DNA from: Thermoproteota archaeon
GTDB lineage: Archaea > Korarchaeota > Korarchaeia > B14-G2
Assembly (NCBI GenBank): GCA_037917675.1
Contig: JAVCBW010000051.1
Coordinates: forward strand, 30,142-94,141
Length of the DNA stretch: 64,000 nucleotides
Direction: 5' to 3'
This document shows positions 1-9,393 of the stretch, one piece after another (within the stretch, counting starts at the first letter, position 1; each line of letters begins with the position of its first letter). Position numbers and translations under genes: made by a program. The notes below the pieces were generated by a model that ran no database searches, was not told the origin of the DNA, and worked only from the letters and a program-made list of their open reading frames with translations.

Positions 1-127
1 CTTCAGCCAGCAGGCTAATGGAGCCGAAGACGCCTGTAGCCTTCAATGCCACAGCTAAGAGAGCCAGCCCCAGAGCTGAGAGAGCATAGTGCTTAGCTTC
101 AAACCTAAGCTTCTCAGCAGTCTCCAT
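1..127 (-). CDS. N-terminal part of a cation diffusion facilitator (CDF) family transporter, runs off the window
   Basis: Manual translation from ATG 127: METAEKLRFEAKHYALSALGLALLAVALKATGVFGSISLLAE. Hydrophobic helix followed by K..G..GS.SLLAE resembles CDF TM1-TM2. Confidence 0.55.
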   Translation of the reverse strand, partial: METAEKLRFEAKHYALSALGLALLAVALKATGVFGSISLLAE

Positions 128-192
128 AAGCAGCCCTCCTAGCCCACCACAAGGAAGGTTTATAAGGCAACCACTAGCCTCAAGGTGAGACC

Positions 193-867
193 TTGGTCAA
201 GGAAAGCTATCGCATCGCACTTGTGGGGGGGACTGGAGAGCAGGGTCCTCCTTTAGCTGTGAGGTGGGTATCTAGGGGCCACATAGTATATATAGGATCT
301 AGGAGGCTAGAGAAGGCAGAGAGAGTCGCTGGAGAGCTCATAGAGAAGATAAGGGCGCTAGGGTTCAAGGGAGAGCTGAGGCATGGTGTCAATCAGGACG
401 TTGTCAAGGAGGCTGATGTAATAGTCCTAACAATACCCTACAAGGGGCTGAAGCCGACACTAGAGGCCCTAAGAGACAGCATACCAAAGAACGCTGTCAT
501 AATAAACCCCATTGTACCAATGGAGTGGAAAGGAAAGCTATGCATGCCAGTAAGGGTAGATGAGGGGTCAGCTGGAGAGCTGATAGCCAGATCCTGGCCT
601 GAGGCAAGGGTTGTCACAGCATTCCAGACAGTCTCAGCAGCTAGGCTCGCAGAGTACATGAAGCCTGTTGAGGGAGACGTGCTGATATGTGGAGACGACG
701 AGGAAGCCAAGAGCATTGTCGCGAAGCTCGTAGAAGATATCCCAAACCTAAGACCAGTCGACTGTGGGCCTCTCCTATACTCAGCTGCAATAGAGCATAT
801 AACCCCACTGCTGATCCAAGCTGGCAAGAAGCTGAAGAGACACGACTTAGGAATCAAGCTCGTCTAG
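193..867 (+). CDS. npdG: NADPH-dependent F420 reductase (F420H2:NADP+ oxidoreductase)
   Basis: IALVGGTGEQG Rossmann motif, IGSR, GSAGE, VVTAFQTVSA, DVLICGDD. TTG start after AGGTGA SD. Confidence 0.88.
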   Translation: MVKESYRIALVGGTGEQGPPLAVRWVSRGHIVYIGSRRLEKAERVAGELIEKIRALGFKGELRHGVNQDVVKEADVIVLTIPYKGLKPTLEALRDSIPKNAVIINPIVPMEWKGKLCMPVRVDEGSAGELIARSWPEARVVTAFQTVSAARLAEYMKPVEGDVLICGDDEEAKSIVAKLVEDIPNLRPVDCGPLLYSAAIEHITPLLIQAGKKLKRHDLGIKLV

Positions 868-1072
868 CATCGAGTCGACAGGAAACCAGCACCAGGAGGG
901 CTACCTCCCACTCCTTATAGCTGTCCTGCTAGCTGCAAGCATCTTGGACAAAAGCTCTTCTTAGTCCACGATGTAGGCTCTCCTCTCTTCCATCCCAGCA
1001 GCTAGGAGGAAGGCTTATGTAATAGAGGTGCCCTTCTAGCTCTCAGCTTGAAGCCTCTTCTAGACCTCTTGC

Positions 1073-2647
1073 TTAGGCGCTACTCCACTCAGCCTTTAAC
1101 TCACCATTTTTCATCCAAATTCTCACATGGCCTCCTACGCTAGCTGGCATGTCACGCCTATAATGTACTCCTAGGCTCCCCTTCCTCTCGAGAGCTGATA
1201 AGGCAACAGCTTCTAGTGTAAGGAGCATGCTCCAAAGCCTCATGCCATGTGGGTCACCTTCAGAGCTGAAGCTAACCCACCTCTCCCTAGCTTCTCTAGC
1301 GAAGCTCACAGCCTCTTCAAGCCCTACCTTATCTCTAATGACGCCGACAAGCTGCCAAGCAGCCTCCCTAACTCTAGCTTCAGCAAGCTTAGGGTCCACT
1401 TCACACCTAGGCAGTTCACATCCCCCAGGAAGGCTACCCCTTCCCTCTTCCATAGCATACTCTGCTGCAGCTTTCCCAGCTCTGAGGCCGAAGACTACAG
1501 CCTCAGCCAAAGCGTTCCCTGGAAGCCTGTTAGCGCCATGCACACCTCCAGCAGCCTCTCCTGCAGCATACAGCCCCTCTAGGCTGGATCCACCTTGCTC
1601 ATCGATCTCTAAGCCTCCACAGAAGAAGTGTGCTGCTGGAGAGACCACTATCGGCTCCCTCTTCAAGTCTACACCATACCTCCTAAACAAGCTGAGAAGC
1701 CTAGCATACTTGCTCTCTAAGATATCCTCAGGTATCTCAGAGAAGTCCATCAGGACTCCTCCATCAACCCCTCTACCCTCCTTAGCCTCCTGATAGATTG
1801 CTCTAGACATTATGTCTCTGTCCTCAACTTCCCTAGCAGAGTACTTCAGCATAAACTTCTCTCCAAGCCTATTAAGGAGGTGAGCTCCATCATAGAGTGG
1901 TGAAGCCAATATCAGGAACCCCGAGATAGGCTTAACTGTTATCAGAGGATAGAACTGGACAAACTCCATGTCAATGAGCTTAGCTCCAGCATCCAATGCC
2001 AGAGCATAACCTTCCCCACATGCATCTGGTGTAGCATCGCTTCTAGCATACACCCTAGCACCTCCACCGGCTGCTAGAACAACACTTCCAGCAGAGACTT
2101 CAAGTGTCTTCTTCCTCCTAGTGTCGTAAGCTAAGCATCCTACGGCTCTATTTCTATCAGTGAGCAGCTTGATGACAGGAGTGTAGCCAGCTAGCCTAGC
2201 TTCAAGCGCTGCAGCTGCTCTAGCAAGGCTTCTAGAAAGCTCAGCTCCAGGAGGCCTTCCTTCAACACAGCATATCCTATGCCTCGAGTGCCCTGGAGAC
2301 AAGTCTAGTAGAAGCCTGCCTCCCTTCCTCTTGAACCTCACTCCAAGCTCAGCTAGCTGCCTAACTGCATCAGGGGCTTCTGAAGCCAGCACTTCAGCAA
2401 GCTCTCTTATGCAAGCGCCCCTCCCAGCTCTAAGAGTATCCTCGAGGTGTAGCCTAGAGCTGTCACCACTACCCAAGGCAGCTGCTATTCTCCCCTCTGA
2501 TTTGAAGGTCACCCCACTATGTCCAGGAGACCCTCTACTGAGCACTAGTACACTAGCGCCAGCTCTTCTAGCTGCTATAGCAGCACATAGCCCAGCTGCT
2601 CCTCCACCTATAATAAGCACATCAGCCTCCAGCTTGCTCCTCAACAT
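1073..2647 (-). CDS. FAD-dependent oxidoreductase, SdhA/FrdA/NadB flavoprotein family
   Basis: DVLIIGGGAAG, GHSRHR, DMEFVQFYP, HFFCGG, GLYAAGE, GVHGANRL, SLGVHYRRD. Confidence 0.85.
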   Translation of the reverse strand: MLRSKLEADVLIIGGGAAGLCAAIAARRAGASVLVLSRGSPGHSGVTFKSEGRIAAALGSGDSSRLHLEDTLRAGRGACIRELAEVLASEAPDAVRQLAELGVRFKRKGGRLLLDLSPGHSRHRICCVEGRPPGAELSRSLARAAAALEARLAGYTPVIKLLTDRNRAVGCLAYDTRRKKTLEVSAGSVVLAAGGGARVYARSDATPDACGEGYALALDAGAKLIDMEFVQFYPLITVKPISGFLILASPLYDGAHLLNRLGEKFMLKYSAREVEDRDIMSRAIYQEAKEGRGVDGGVLMDFSEIPEDILESKYARLLSLFRRYGVDLKREPIVVSPAAHFFCGGLEIDEQGGSSLEGLYAAGEAAGGVHGANRLPGNALAEAVVFGLRAGKAAAEYAMEEGRGSLPGGCELPRCEVDPKLAEARVREAAWQLVGVIRDKVGLEEAVSFAREARERWVSFSSEGDPHGMRLWSMLLTLEAVALSALERKGSLGVHYRRDMPASVGGHVRIWMKNGELKAEWSSA

Positions 2648-3593
2648 GATGCCTCTGCCTCCCCTTAATCAAGCTGACCGCTAGGTCTCTGAGCGCGAAG
2701 GCATCTACACCAACCATGTAAGCTGGTATGTCGATGAGTTCTCCTGCATAGAGCCTGACATAGAGGCTTCCATCAAACCTGACCACCGAAGCTCTCCTAC
2801 ATGAGCTCCAGCCTCCTGAGAGCCTCCTTCTACCAATCCTGATGCTAAAGCCGTCTTCAGTCATCAGTATAGAGGAGTGCTGAGCGAGAAAGTAGAATGC
2901 TCCTCCAGCTAGGCAAGACAAGAGAAGAACAGCTAGAAGAACCCACATTCCCTCCACGAGCCCAATCAGCAGCGCAGCTGCAGTCAGAACAGACCCCATA
3001 AGGAAGGCTGAGATCAGCGAGTTCACAGCTAAAGCTGGCACATATACTCTACTATAGAGCCTACCTATCTCTACCCTCCTGCTCTTACCTGCTCTCTTAA
3101 AAACCCTCTTGAGCCTAAGGCTCTTCAGTAGCCTAGTTGCCAGAAACCCTCTGCTAGCATAGGCCTTCATCTCACTGCAGTCTACGAGTATAACTCCCAT
3201 GCCTCTCTCTTCTATCCCCTCAACTGCATTGATGAGCTTCCTATCAGCTCTACTAGCAACTATTATGAGCCAGCTCGCATGGGCTCCTAAGTTAAGCGAG
3301 TGCAGCTTAGCTGCCTCAACGAGCTTTATAGCATCACTCTCACTAGGCTCCTCTAAAGCTGAAATATAGCAGTGAACCCTATAGTCTGGAACCATCAAGG
3401 CTAGGAGCCTAGATAGCAGGAATCCAGTAGGCCTAGTGCCACCTGACAGGAAAGAATGGAACTCTACTCCAAAGGCTTTAAAGCCCTTGACAGCCTCTCT
3501 AAAGTCAGCTATCTCGATGCCTCCACCAGCCATAAGCTCTCCTTCAAGGCTTCGAGCAACATCCTCAATGCTAAATCGGCAGGAGTGGCCCAT
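2622..3593 (-). CDS. Hypothetical membrane protein (soluble N-domain, two TM helices, beta-rich C-tail)
   Basis: 323-aa ORF overlapping both neighbours; hydrophobic hairpin in the C-terminal half. Confidence 0.6.
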   Translation of the reverse strand: MGHSCRFSIEDVARSLEGELMAGGGIEIADFREAVKGFKAFGVEFHSFLSGGTRPTGFLLSRLLALMVPDYRVHCYISALEEPSESDAIKLVEAAKLHSLNLGAHASWLIIVASRADRKLINAVEGIEERGMGVILVDCSEMKAYASRGFLATRLLKSLRLKRVFKRAGKSRRVEIGRLYSRVYVPALAVNSLISAFLMGSVLTAAALLIGLVEGMWVLLAVLLLSCLAGGAFYFLAQHSSILMTEDGFSIRIGRRRLSGGWSSCRRASVVRFDGSLYVRLYAGELIDIPAYMVGVDAFALRDLAVSLIKGRQRHHVEEQAGG

Positions 3594-4356
3594 ACCTCTT
3601 CTCCTCTACACCCTTAGCGAGCCTGGGTTCAGCTGGCTTCAGCACGATCCCACTTTCAAGAGCCTCCTCTAGGCTCTCAACCCTCACTTTAGCATCCACT
3701 CCAAGCTCTACTCCTCCATGGCTTGAACAGAATGTGTATGGGTAGAAGAAGTAGACGTCTTCGACTCTAGTTGGATCACTTTCAAGCTTAATCTCAACCT
3801 CACCGTCTCCTCCACCAGCATCTAAGACACGCCCCTCACATAGAGGGTACTCAACCGAGTATTCCTTCCTATCCACTTTAAGCCACTCCCTTATGACAAC
3901 CCCAGCCATGTAGTCTTCAGCATCACCCTTAAGTGGGAATCTGCCTTTTATCATCTCACCAGCCTGGTAGGTCAGCTTCTCAAGCTCAAGGCCTCTCGAA
4001 GTCAGCCTGCTCTCACTATCAGATGGGAGGACCTTCAGCCTGAGCTCCCTTCTAGGCCACAAGACACGCCCACCTAGCCTAGGGGTGCCGAATACAAGAG
4101 ACCACCTTACCTTTATGCTCCTACAGCTCACTGTGGGAGGGAGCTTCTCAGGATACCTTATCTCAAAGCTGCCTTCATCTATTGTAAACTGCCTCCTATA
4201 TGACAGCACTACATTCCAGCTATATCTACCTACCTCCCTGCTAGGTAGGTCTGATGCAGCTAACACAACGAGTACTGCTGTAACTCTCCCAGATGCCTCT
4301 CCCCTTATAGGCTCACCAACCTTCAAGACGCTTTTTTCAACAAGAACTTGCAGCAA
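3571..4356 (-). CDS. Hypothetical protein, possible arrestin/Spo0M-like beta-sandwich
   Basis: Two repeats of a .EK....GE.I.G start pattern; F.I.YP..LPPT....I.V.W.L resembles the arrestin-N motif. Confidence 0.45.
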   Translation of the reverse strand: MLQVLVEKSVLKVGEPIRGEASGRVTAVLVVLAASDLPSREVGRYSWNVVLSYRRQFTIDEGSFEIRYPEKLPPTVSCRSIKVRWSLVFGTPRLGGRVLWPRRELRLKVLPSDSESRLTSRGLELEKLTYQAGEMIKGRFPLKGDAEDYMAGVVIREWLKVDRKEYSVEYPLCEGRVLDAGGGDGEVEIKLESDPTRVEDVYFFYPYTFCSSHGGVELGVDAKVRVESLEEALESGIVLKPAEPRLAKGVEEKRYGPLLPI

Positions 4357-4394
4357 GTAAACCCCACTAGAAGCTTCAAACAGCTAAATAACCT

Positions 4395-5021
4395 TTACTC
4401 TAGCTCAACTACATAGTGGTCTCGAAGTAGCCCTGGCCTCTTGAGGACCCTTATCCCTCTGTAATCTGTGTTGAATAAGTTCAGTCTAGCCTTCTTCCTG
4501 CTCACAGAACCCTGCTCCACAAGAACCCTGATGAAGTCGATTAGGTCTTGAGCTATGCTCTTGAGAAGCTTGCTCCTGGCTTCAGCCCTCCCACCTCTAG
4601 ACTCATAGAAGTCTAGGACCTTGTTCAAGCTATACCATCTTGAGACAGCTGAGAGGTAGAAGAGGCCTACAGCAGAGTAGAGGACTAGCCTAGCAGCCCA
4701 GCTTCCACTTAAAGTGTTCAGAAAGAGGGCTGCTATGAAGAGCAGGAGTGTAACTCTGAGGAGAAACCTTGATACCAGGAAAACCTGAGACCAGAACCTA
4801 GCAGATGGGTCCTTAGCTGGGAGGTTAACCATGTATTCCACAGCAGAGAACAGGGCTTTCCTCCTCTTCCTGTCAATAGACTTCTTCACATGCTCCTCTA
4901 TCCTATCAAATCTCGACTTAAAGACTCTTAGATCAACGTTACGCCCAACCCTATACCCATCTATGGCCTCTATGACGAAAAGTATGTCCTCAACCACCTT
5001 CCCAAGCTTCCTATCACTCAA
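4395..5021 (-). CDS. Hypothetical membrane protein (two TM helices)
   Basis: ORF track 4395..5075; likely TTG start at 5021 after AGGTG SD. Confidence 0.6.
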   Translation of the reverse strand: MSDRKLGKVVEDILFVIEAIDGYRVGRNVDLRVFKSRFDRIEEHVKKSIDRKRRKALFSAVEYMVNLPAKDPSARFWSQVFLVSRFLLRVTLLLFIAALFLNTLSGSWAARLVLYSAVGLFYLSAVSRWYSLNKVLDFYESRGGRAEARSKLLKSIAQDLIDFIRVLVEQGSVSRKKARLNLFNTDYRGIRVLKRPGLLRDHYVVELE

Positions 5022-5029
5022 GCAGGCAC

Positions 5030-5055
5030 CTAAACAAAAAAATGGGGTTAGAGGC
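5030..5055 (-). terminator. Oligo-T terminator after APC permease
   Basis: CTAACCCCA-T7 right after the stop codon (A7 at 5036-5042 on + strand). Confidence 0.5.
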
Positions 5056-6783
5056 TTAGGCTGGAGGTATCTCACTGTATATCGTCCTTACATCAACTCC
5101 TTTCTTCGTGTTGTATATCAGGAATGCTGAGAATATGAATGCTCCAAACCCCATCCAGAACGCCTGGTGTAGTGGTATCCCTAGCCTAAACTCCCCGAAG
5201 TAGTAGAATATCTCATGTGTAGCTACGAAGAAGAAGAAGAAGTTTACTGCAAACCCGTAGGCTCCTAGTATCGTAAGGAGAGGTATCCCAGCTATCTCCC
5301 AGCGTAGCGGTGCTTTCTCATAGAGATCCCTCCTCAGATATGGCAGGACAGCTGCAGCTAGGCATGCTAGCATGACAGCAAACTGGTATAGGTTGGTTGT
5401 GTCAGCAGCTGCAGCCCAGTCTCCTCCTGCAGTCAGAGCCACACCAAAGATGCCCCCTATCATTGTGAGGAGTATAGCCCAGTGTGGGCTATGGAACTTG
5501 TCGTTCACAGCAGCGAACGTCTCTGGGAAGAATCTGTCGAAGGCCCAGGCGAACACCATTCTGCTAGCTACAACGAAGAATGCTGGTATGTCCTTAAGCA
5601 GCACGATACCAACTAGGGTGCCATTGAGCACCTGTAGCCAAGCTAGTCCAGGTGGAACTAGTGGTATGGTGAATGAGGTCACTACTCTAGGTGGCAGCAG
5701 CCAGTCAGGTGGCACCCCCAGCAGACCAGCTACCCCTTCAGCTCCAAGCTTCTCTATCAAGTAATTGTAGAGCGCCGTATAGTATACCCTCCTCGTCGGT
5801 ATACCGTGCTCACTTAGGTAAGCCATTGCACCAGGCACCTGAGCGAGGATGCTCTCTGGCACAACATACACACCATAGACGAGAAGCGGCAGAGCTATGT
5901 AGTAGAGCATTATTATTATTGTCCCGATTATCTGGGCTACTATCAGAGATTTAGCTGGGGTTTTCAGCTCACCTCCTACGAAGACAGCTGACACTATGCC
6001 TATATAAGCCCATATCGCTCCTATGCTGGCTTTCATCGTGTCTCCCCAGCTATGTGGTGCCACAGGGAGATCCTTGTCCTTTAAGCCTAGCTCAAACGCC
6101 TTGTTTACTATCTTCTCATATGCTCCAGAGCCATATACCGTGTTCCAGCCCTTGACAGCACCCATCTGAGCTGTTCCCCATGCCCCCAGGATCAGGAGGT
6201 TGCTTATACACCCGATTATCGCTACTATACCAAGGATGTTGATTATCCAACCATAGATCCTCATGCCTAGCAGAGCTATCGCACCGAAGACTATGACAAA
6301 TATCATCCCAAGCACCCAGTGGCCTTCTGTTGAAGCCATCCACTTGGCTGCGCTCAGGAGCCCCTGGCTTTTAGTAGCTATCCCAGCTGCTGTAGCTGCA
6401 CCAACGAAGAAGTCTATAGAGTACCATGCTATGATCCCATAGCTCAAGACTTCAGTGAACCAGAAGCCCCATGAAGCCAGGAAGCCCAGGGTTGGGCTCA
6501 GCCCCCTAGTGATGAACACGTAGTCTCCTCCTGTCCTAGGCATCATTGCACCTAGCATGGTATAGACTACAGCAGTCGGTATCATAGCTAAGATCCCTGT
6601 GATTAGGAACGAGTATGGGACGAAGGCTCCAGGGTGCATGTAGGCTGCTATGATAGCGAGCCTATGGATGCCGCCGCCAACAGTGTGTGTGAAGCATATC
6701 ATGAATGCTGTGAACGGCCCAACTGTCCTGACTAGCCCTGACGCCCTCCTAACGAATAGCGTTGGTGCCTCCGCCATATACAC
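5056..6783 (-). CDS. APC superfamily amino acid/amine permease
   Basis: LFVRRASGLVR start, MPRTGGDYVFITR, GGELK, SRMVFAWAFDR..P; about 12 TM segments. Confidence 0.9.
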   Translation of the reverse strand: MYMAEAPTLFVRRASGLVRTVGPFTAFMICFTHTVGGGIHRLAIIAAYMHPGAFVPYSFLITGILAMIPTAVVYTMLGAMMPRTGGDYVFITRGLSPTLGFLASWGFWFTEVLSYGIIAWYSIDFFVGAATAAGIATKSQGLLSAAKWMASTEGHWVLGMIFVIVFGAIALLGMRIYGWIINILGIVAIIGCISNLLILGAWGTAQMGAVKGWNTVYGSGAYEKIVNKAFELGLKDKDLPVAPHSWGDTMKASIGAIWAYIGIVSAVFVGGELKTPAKSLIVAQIIGTIIIMLYYIALPLLVYGVYVVPESILAQVPGAMAYLSEHGIPTRRVYYTALYNYLIEKLGAEGVAGLLGVPPDWLLPPRVVTSFTIPLVPPGLAWLQVLNGTLVGIVLLKDIPAFFVVASRMVFAWAFDRFFPETFAAVNDKFHSPHWAILLTMIGGIFGVALTAGGDWAAAADTTNLYQFAVMLACLAAAVLPYLRRDLYEKAPLRWEIAGIPLLTILGAYGFAVNFFFFFVATHEIFYYFGEFRLGIPLHQAFWMGFGAFIFSAFLIYNTKKGVDVRTIYSEIPPA

Positions 6784-7058
6784 ACCTCATCTATCTGACA
6801 TGACCTTAACTCCTCTGGCTTTTTAACTCTTACTACTATCTGGTACGTTGAAAGACGAAATGAGAGCTATCTAGCAAAATCTAACAGCATATGGGTGTAA
6901 ATAGCAATAGCATGGTGTTGCTCCGTGTGCCAGAGCTGCTTCCACATATCCTGCAGCCAGACATAGATGCTGAAACAGCTGCAGCTGCAATCAGGCAATC
7001 TACTACAGAACGGAACACTTTATTACTACCTATGCATGAGGGAGTATAGGTGCATGGA

Positions 7059-8018
7059 ATGCCCTTCAGAATGTTCTTTGCAGCAGACATCCATGGGAAC
7101 ACTATAGTATGGAGGAAATGGCTTAATGCAGTCAACGTGTACGATGCTGATGTCATAATACTGGCTGGAGACCTGACTGGCAAGGCTATAGTCCCGATAA
7201 TCGACTATGGAGGCAGATATGAGGCTACTCTAATGGACCAGAAGCTTGTAGCCAAGAGTAGCGAGGAGCTTGAGAGGATGAAGGAGAGGATAGAGGGCAT
7301 ATCATACTACTATGTGGTTCTGTCTAAGGAGGAGCTGCAGGACATAGCTCAGGACCCAAAGAAGCAAGAGGGCTTGTTCAAGAAGGTCATGGTTGAGAGG
7401 CTTGAGAAATGGCTTAACCTCCTGATTGAGAAGGTAGACTTGAAGAAGACTACTGCCATAGTAATGCCAGGAAATGATGACGAGAGGTACATAGATGAGA
7501 CCATAAGGAAGTTTGAGGATAGAGGAGTAATCTATCCGTTAGACAAGACCGTTGAGCTTCCCTATGGCTACCAGGTGATAAGCCATGAGTACGTGAACCC
7601 GACACCATGGAACACGCCAAGGGAGGCTCCAGAAGACAAGCTAGAGAAGATGCTGAGAAAGAAAATCGAGAAATCTGGTGTCAAAGACTTCAAGAAGGCT
7701 CTCTTCAACTTCCACTGCCCACCATGGAACACTAAGCTAGACCTAGCTCCAAAGTTAGACAAGAACCTTAAGCCAGTATATGTTGGAGGGAGGCCTGTGC
7801 TTGTGCATGTTGGCTCAAGGGCAGTTAGGAAGCTTGAGGAGGAGTACCAGCCTCTAATGGGGCTCCATGGACACATACATGAGAGCTATGCTAGCGACAA
7901 GATAGGAGACACAGTGGTCATAAATCCGGGAAGCGAGTACTCAGAGGGGCTCCTAAGAGGCTTCATAATAGAGTTTGAGCCTGATGGCCTCAAAACATAC
8001 TGGAAGATAGAAGGCTAG
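7059..8018 (+). CDS. Calcineurin-like (Icc-related) metallophosphoesterase
   Basis: ADIHG, AGDLTG, PGNDD, FHCPP, LHGHIHE, NPGS. Confidence 0.88.
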   Translation: MPFRMFFAADIHGNTIVWRKWLNAVNVYDADVIILAGDLTGKAIVPIIDYGGRYEATLMDQKLVAKSSEELERMKERIEGISYYYVVLSKEELQDIAQDPKKQEGLFKKVMVERLEKWLNLLIEKVDLKKTTAIVMPGNDDERYIDETIRKFEDRGVIYPLDKTVELPYGYQVISHEYVNPTPWNTPREAPEDKLEKMLRKKIEKSGVKDFKKALFNFHCPPWNTKLDLAPKLDKNLKPVYVGGRPVLVHVGSRAVRKLEEEYQPLMGLHGHIHESYASDKIGDTVVINPGSEYSEGLLRGFIIEFEPDGLKTYWKIEG

Positions 8019-8028
8019 AGGTATCTGC

Positions 8029-8862
8029 TTGCCCCAGGGTGAGATACACTTCATTGAGGTGGATGAAGAGGAGTTTGCAGAGGAGTGTATCAATATAGTG
8101 AGGAAGGCTGAGGAGAAGGGTATAACACTGAGGATACTTGGCGCCCTAGCAGTATATGTGCACACTAGGGACGATGAAAGGTGCAAGGAGATACATAAGC
8201 TGAGGTTTGGTGAGAGTACTCCAGCATTCACAGACCTAGATCTCATAGCCTATAGTAAGCAGTACTCTCAGGTCAAGAAGTTCTTTGAGGACGAGGGCTT
8301 CATGCCAGACAGGATGGTTAACATTCTCTTCGGGAAGAGGAGGCTAATATACTACCACCCACAGGGGAAGTATCACATCGATATATTCTTCGATAAGCTC
8401 GAGTTCAGCCACGACGTCCCCTTTGGCGGTGAGCCTGGAGAGGGAAGACTAGACCTGAGCTCACCAGCTATAACCCCAACGGACATAGTTCTAGAGAAGC
8501 TTCAGATACACGAGATAAACAGGAAGGATCTAGTTGACCTAGTGGTCATCTTTCTAAGCCATGAGCTAAGTGGCAGAGATGGAGAGAAGCTAGTCAACAT
8601 GAAGTACATCGCGAAGCTTCTAGCTGACGACTGGGGATTCTGGTATGATGCGAAGGTCAATCTGAAGAAGCTTGAGGAGTTCACAGAGTCTCTGAGGCAG
8701 GAGGGCGTCTTAACAGATCAGGAGGCTAATACCGTGATAGCAAAGACGAGAGCTCTAGCTAGAGCTCTAGATGATGAGCCTAAGACAAAGAAGTGGAAGA
8801 AGAGAGCCAAGAAGGGGACTAGCAAGAAATGGTACAGGGATGTTGAGGAGCTAGTGAGATAG
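8029..8862 (+). CDS. Putative Pol-beta superfamily nucleotidyltransferase-fold protein
   Basis: LRILGALAV...TDLDL (hG.A + DxD), HIDIF, and LEKLQ...NRKDLVDL (K...KDxxD). Confidence 0.6.
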   Translation: MPQGEIHFIEVDEEEFAEECINIVRKAEEKGITLRILGALAVYVHTRDDERCKEIHKLRFGESTPAFTDLDLIAYSKQYSQVKKFFEDEGFMPDRMVNILFGKRRLIYYHPQGKYHIDIFFDKLEFSHDVPFGGEPGEGRLDLSSPAITPTDIVLEKLQIHEINRKDLVDLVVIFLSHELSGRDGEKLVNMKYIAKLLADDWGFWYDAKVNLKKLEEFTESLRQEGVLTDQEANTVIAKTRALARALDDEPKTKKWKKRAKKGTSKKWYRDVEELVR

Positions 8863-8864
8863 CT

Positions 8865-9299
8865 TCACTCTACCTCTATCCTATAGCCTTTAGCTTCCTC
8901 AACCTTAGGTAGCCTTACCTCAAGCACTCCGTTCCTGAACTTAGCCTTAGCTTTCTTAGGGTCTACCTTAGCTGGTAGAGGTATCCTCCTATAGAACCCA
9001 ATGTACTTCCTCTCACGCCTATGCCATGTAGCTCCACTTTCCTCTCTCATCTCAGCTGCTTCAGCTCTCAACTCCATAGAGTCCTCTGTTGCATTTATCT
9101 TTACATCCTCCTTGCTTACGCCAGGCATTTCAGCGACCACCACTATCTCCCTATCTGTCTCATATACGTCGACTAGAGGCTGCCTATATCCTGCTTCGCC
9201 TCGAGCCTCTGGCTTTGATAGGAGCTCGCTGAACATTCTATCTACTTCCCTCCATATCCTCCTCACTTCCTCAAATGGGTCAAACCATCCTCTACTCAT
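8865..9299 (-). CDS. hsp20: Small heat shock protein Hsp20
   Basis: PLVDVYET, AEMPGV.KED, FYRRIPLP, AKFRNGVLEV.LPK, C-terminal IEVE. Likely ATG at 9299. Confidence 0.93.
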   Translation of the reverse strand: MSRGWFDPFEEVRRIWREVDRMFSELLSKPEARGEAGYRQPLVDVYETDREIVVVAEMPGVSKEDVKINATEDSMELRAEAAEMREESGATWHRRERKYIGFYRRIPLPAKVDPKKAKAKFRNGVLEVRLPKVEEAKGYRIEVE

Positions 9300-9393
9300 T
9301 GAGACACACCATAATACCAGCGTGCCCATCAGCTTAAAGCTTCCATATAACGCTAACCTTAAATCACGGCATGGCATCTAGCTTGGGGTCAGC

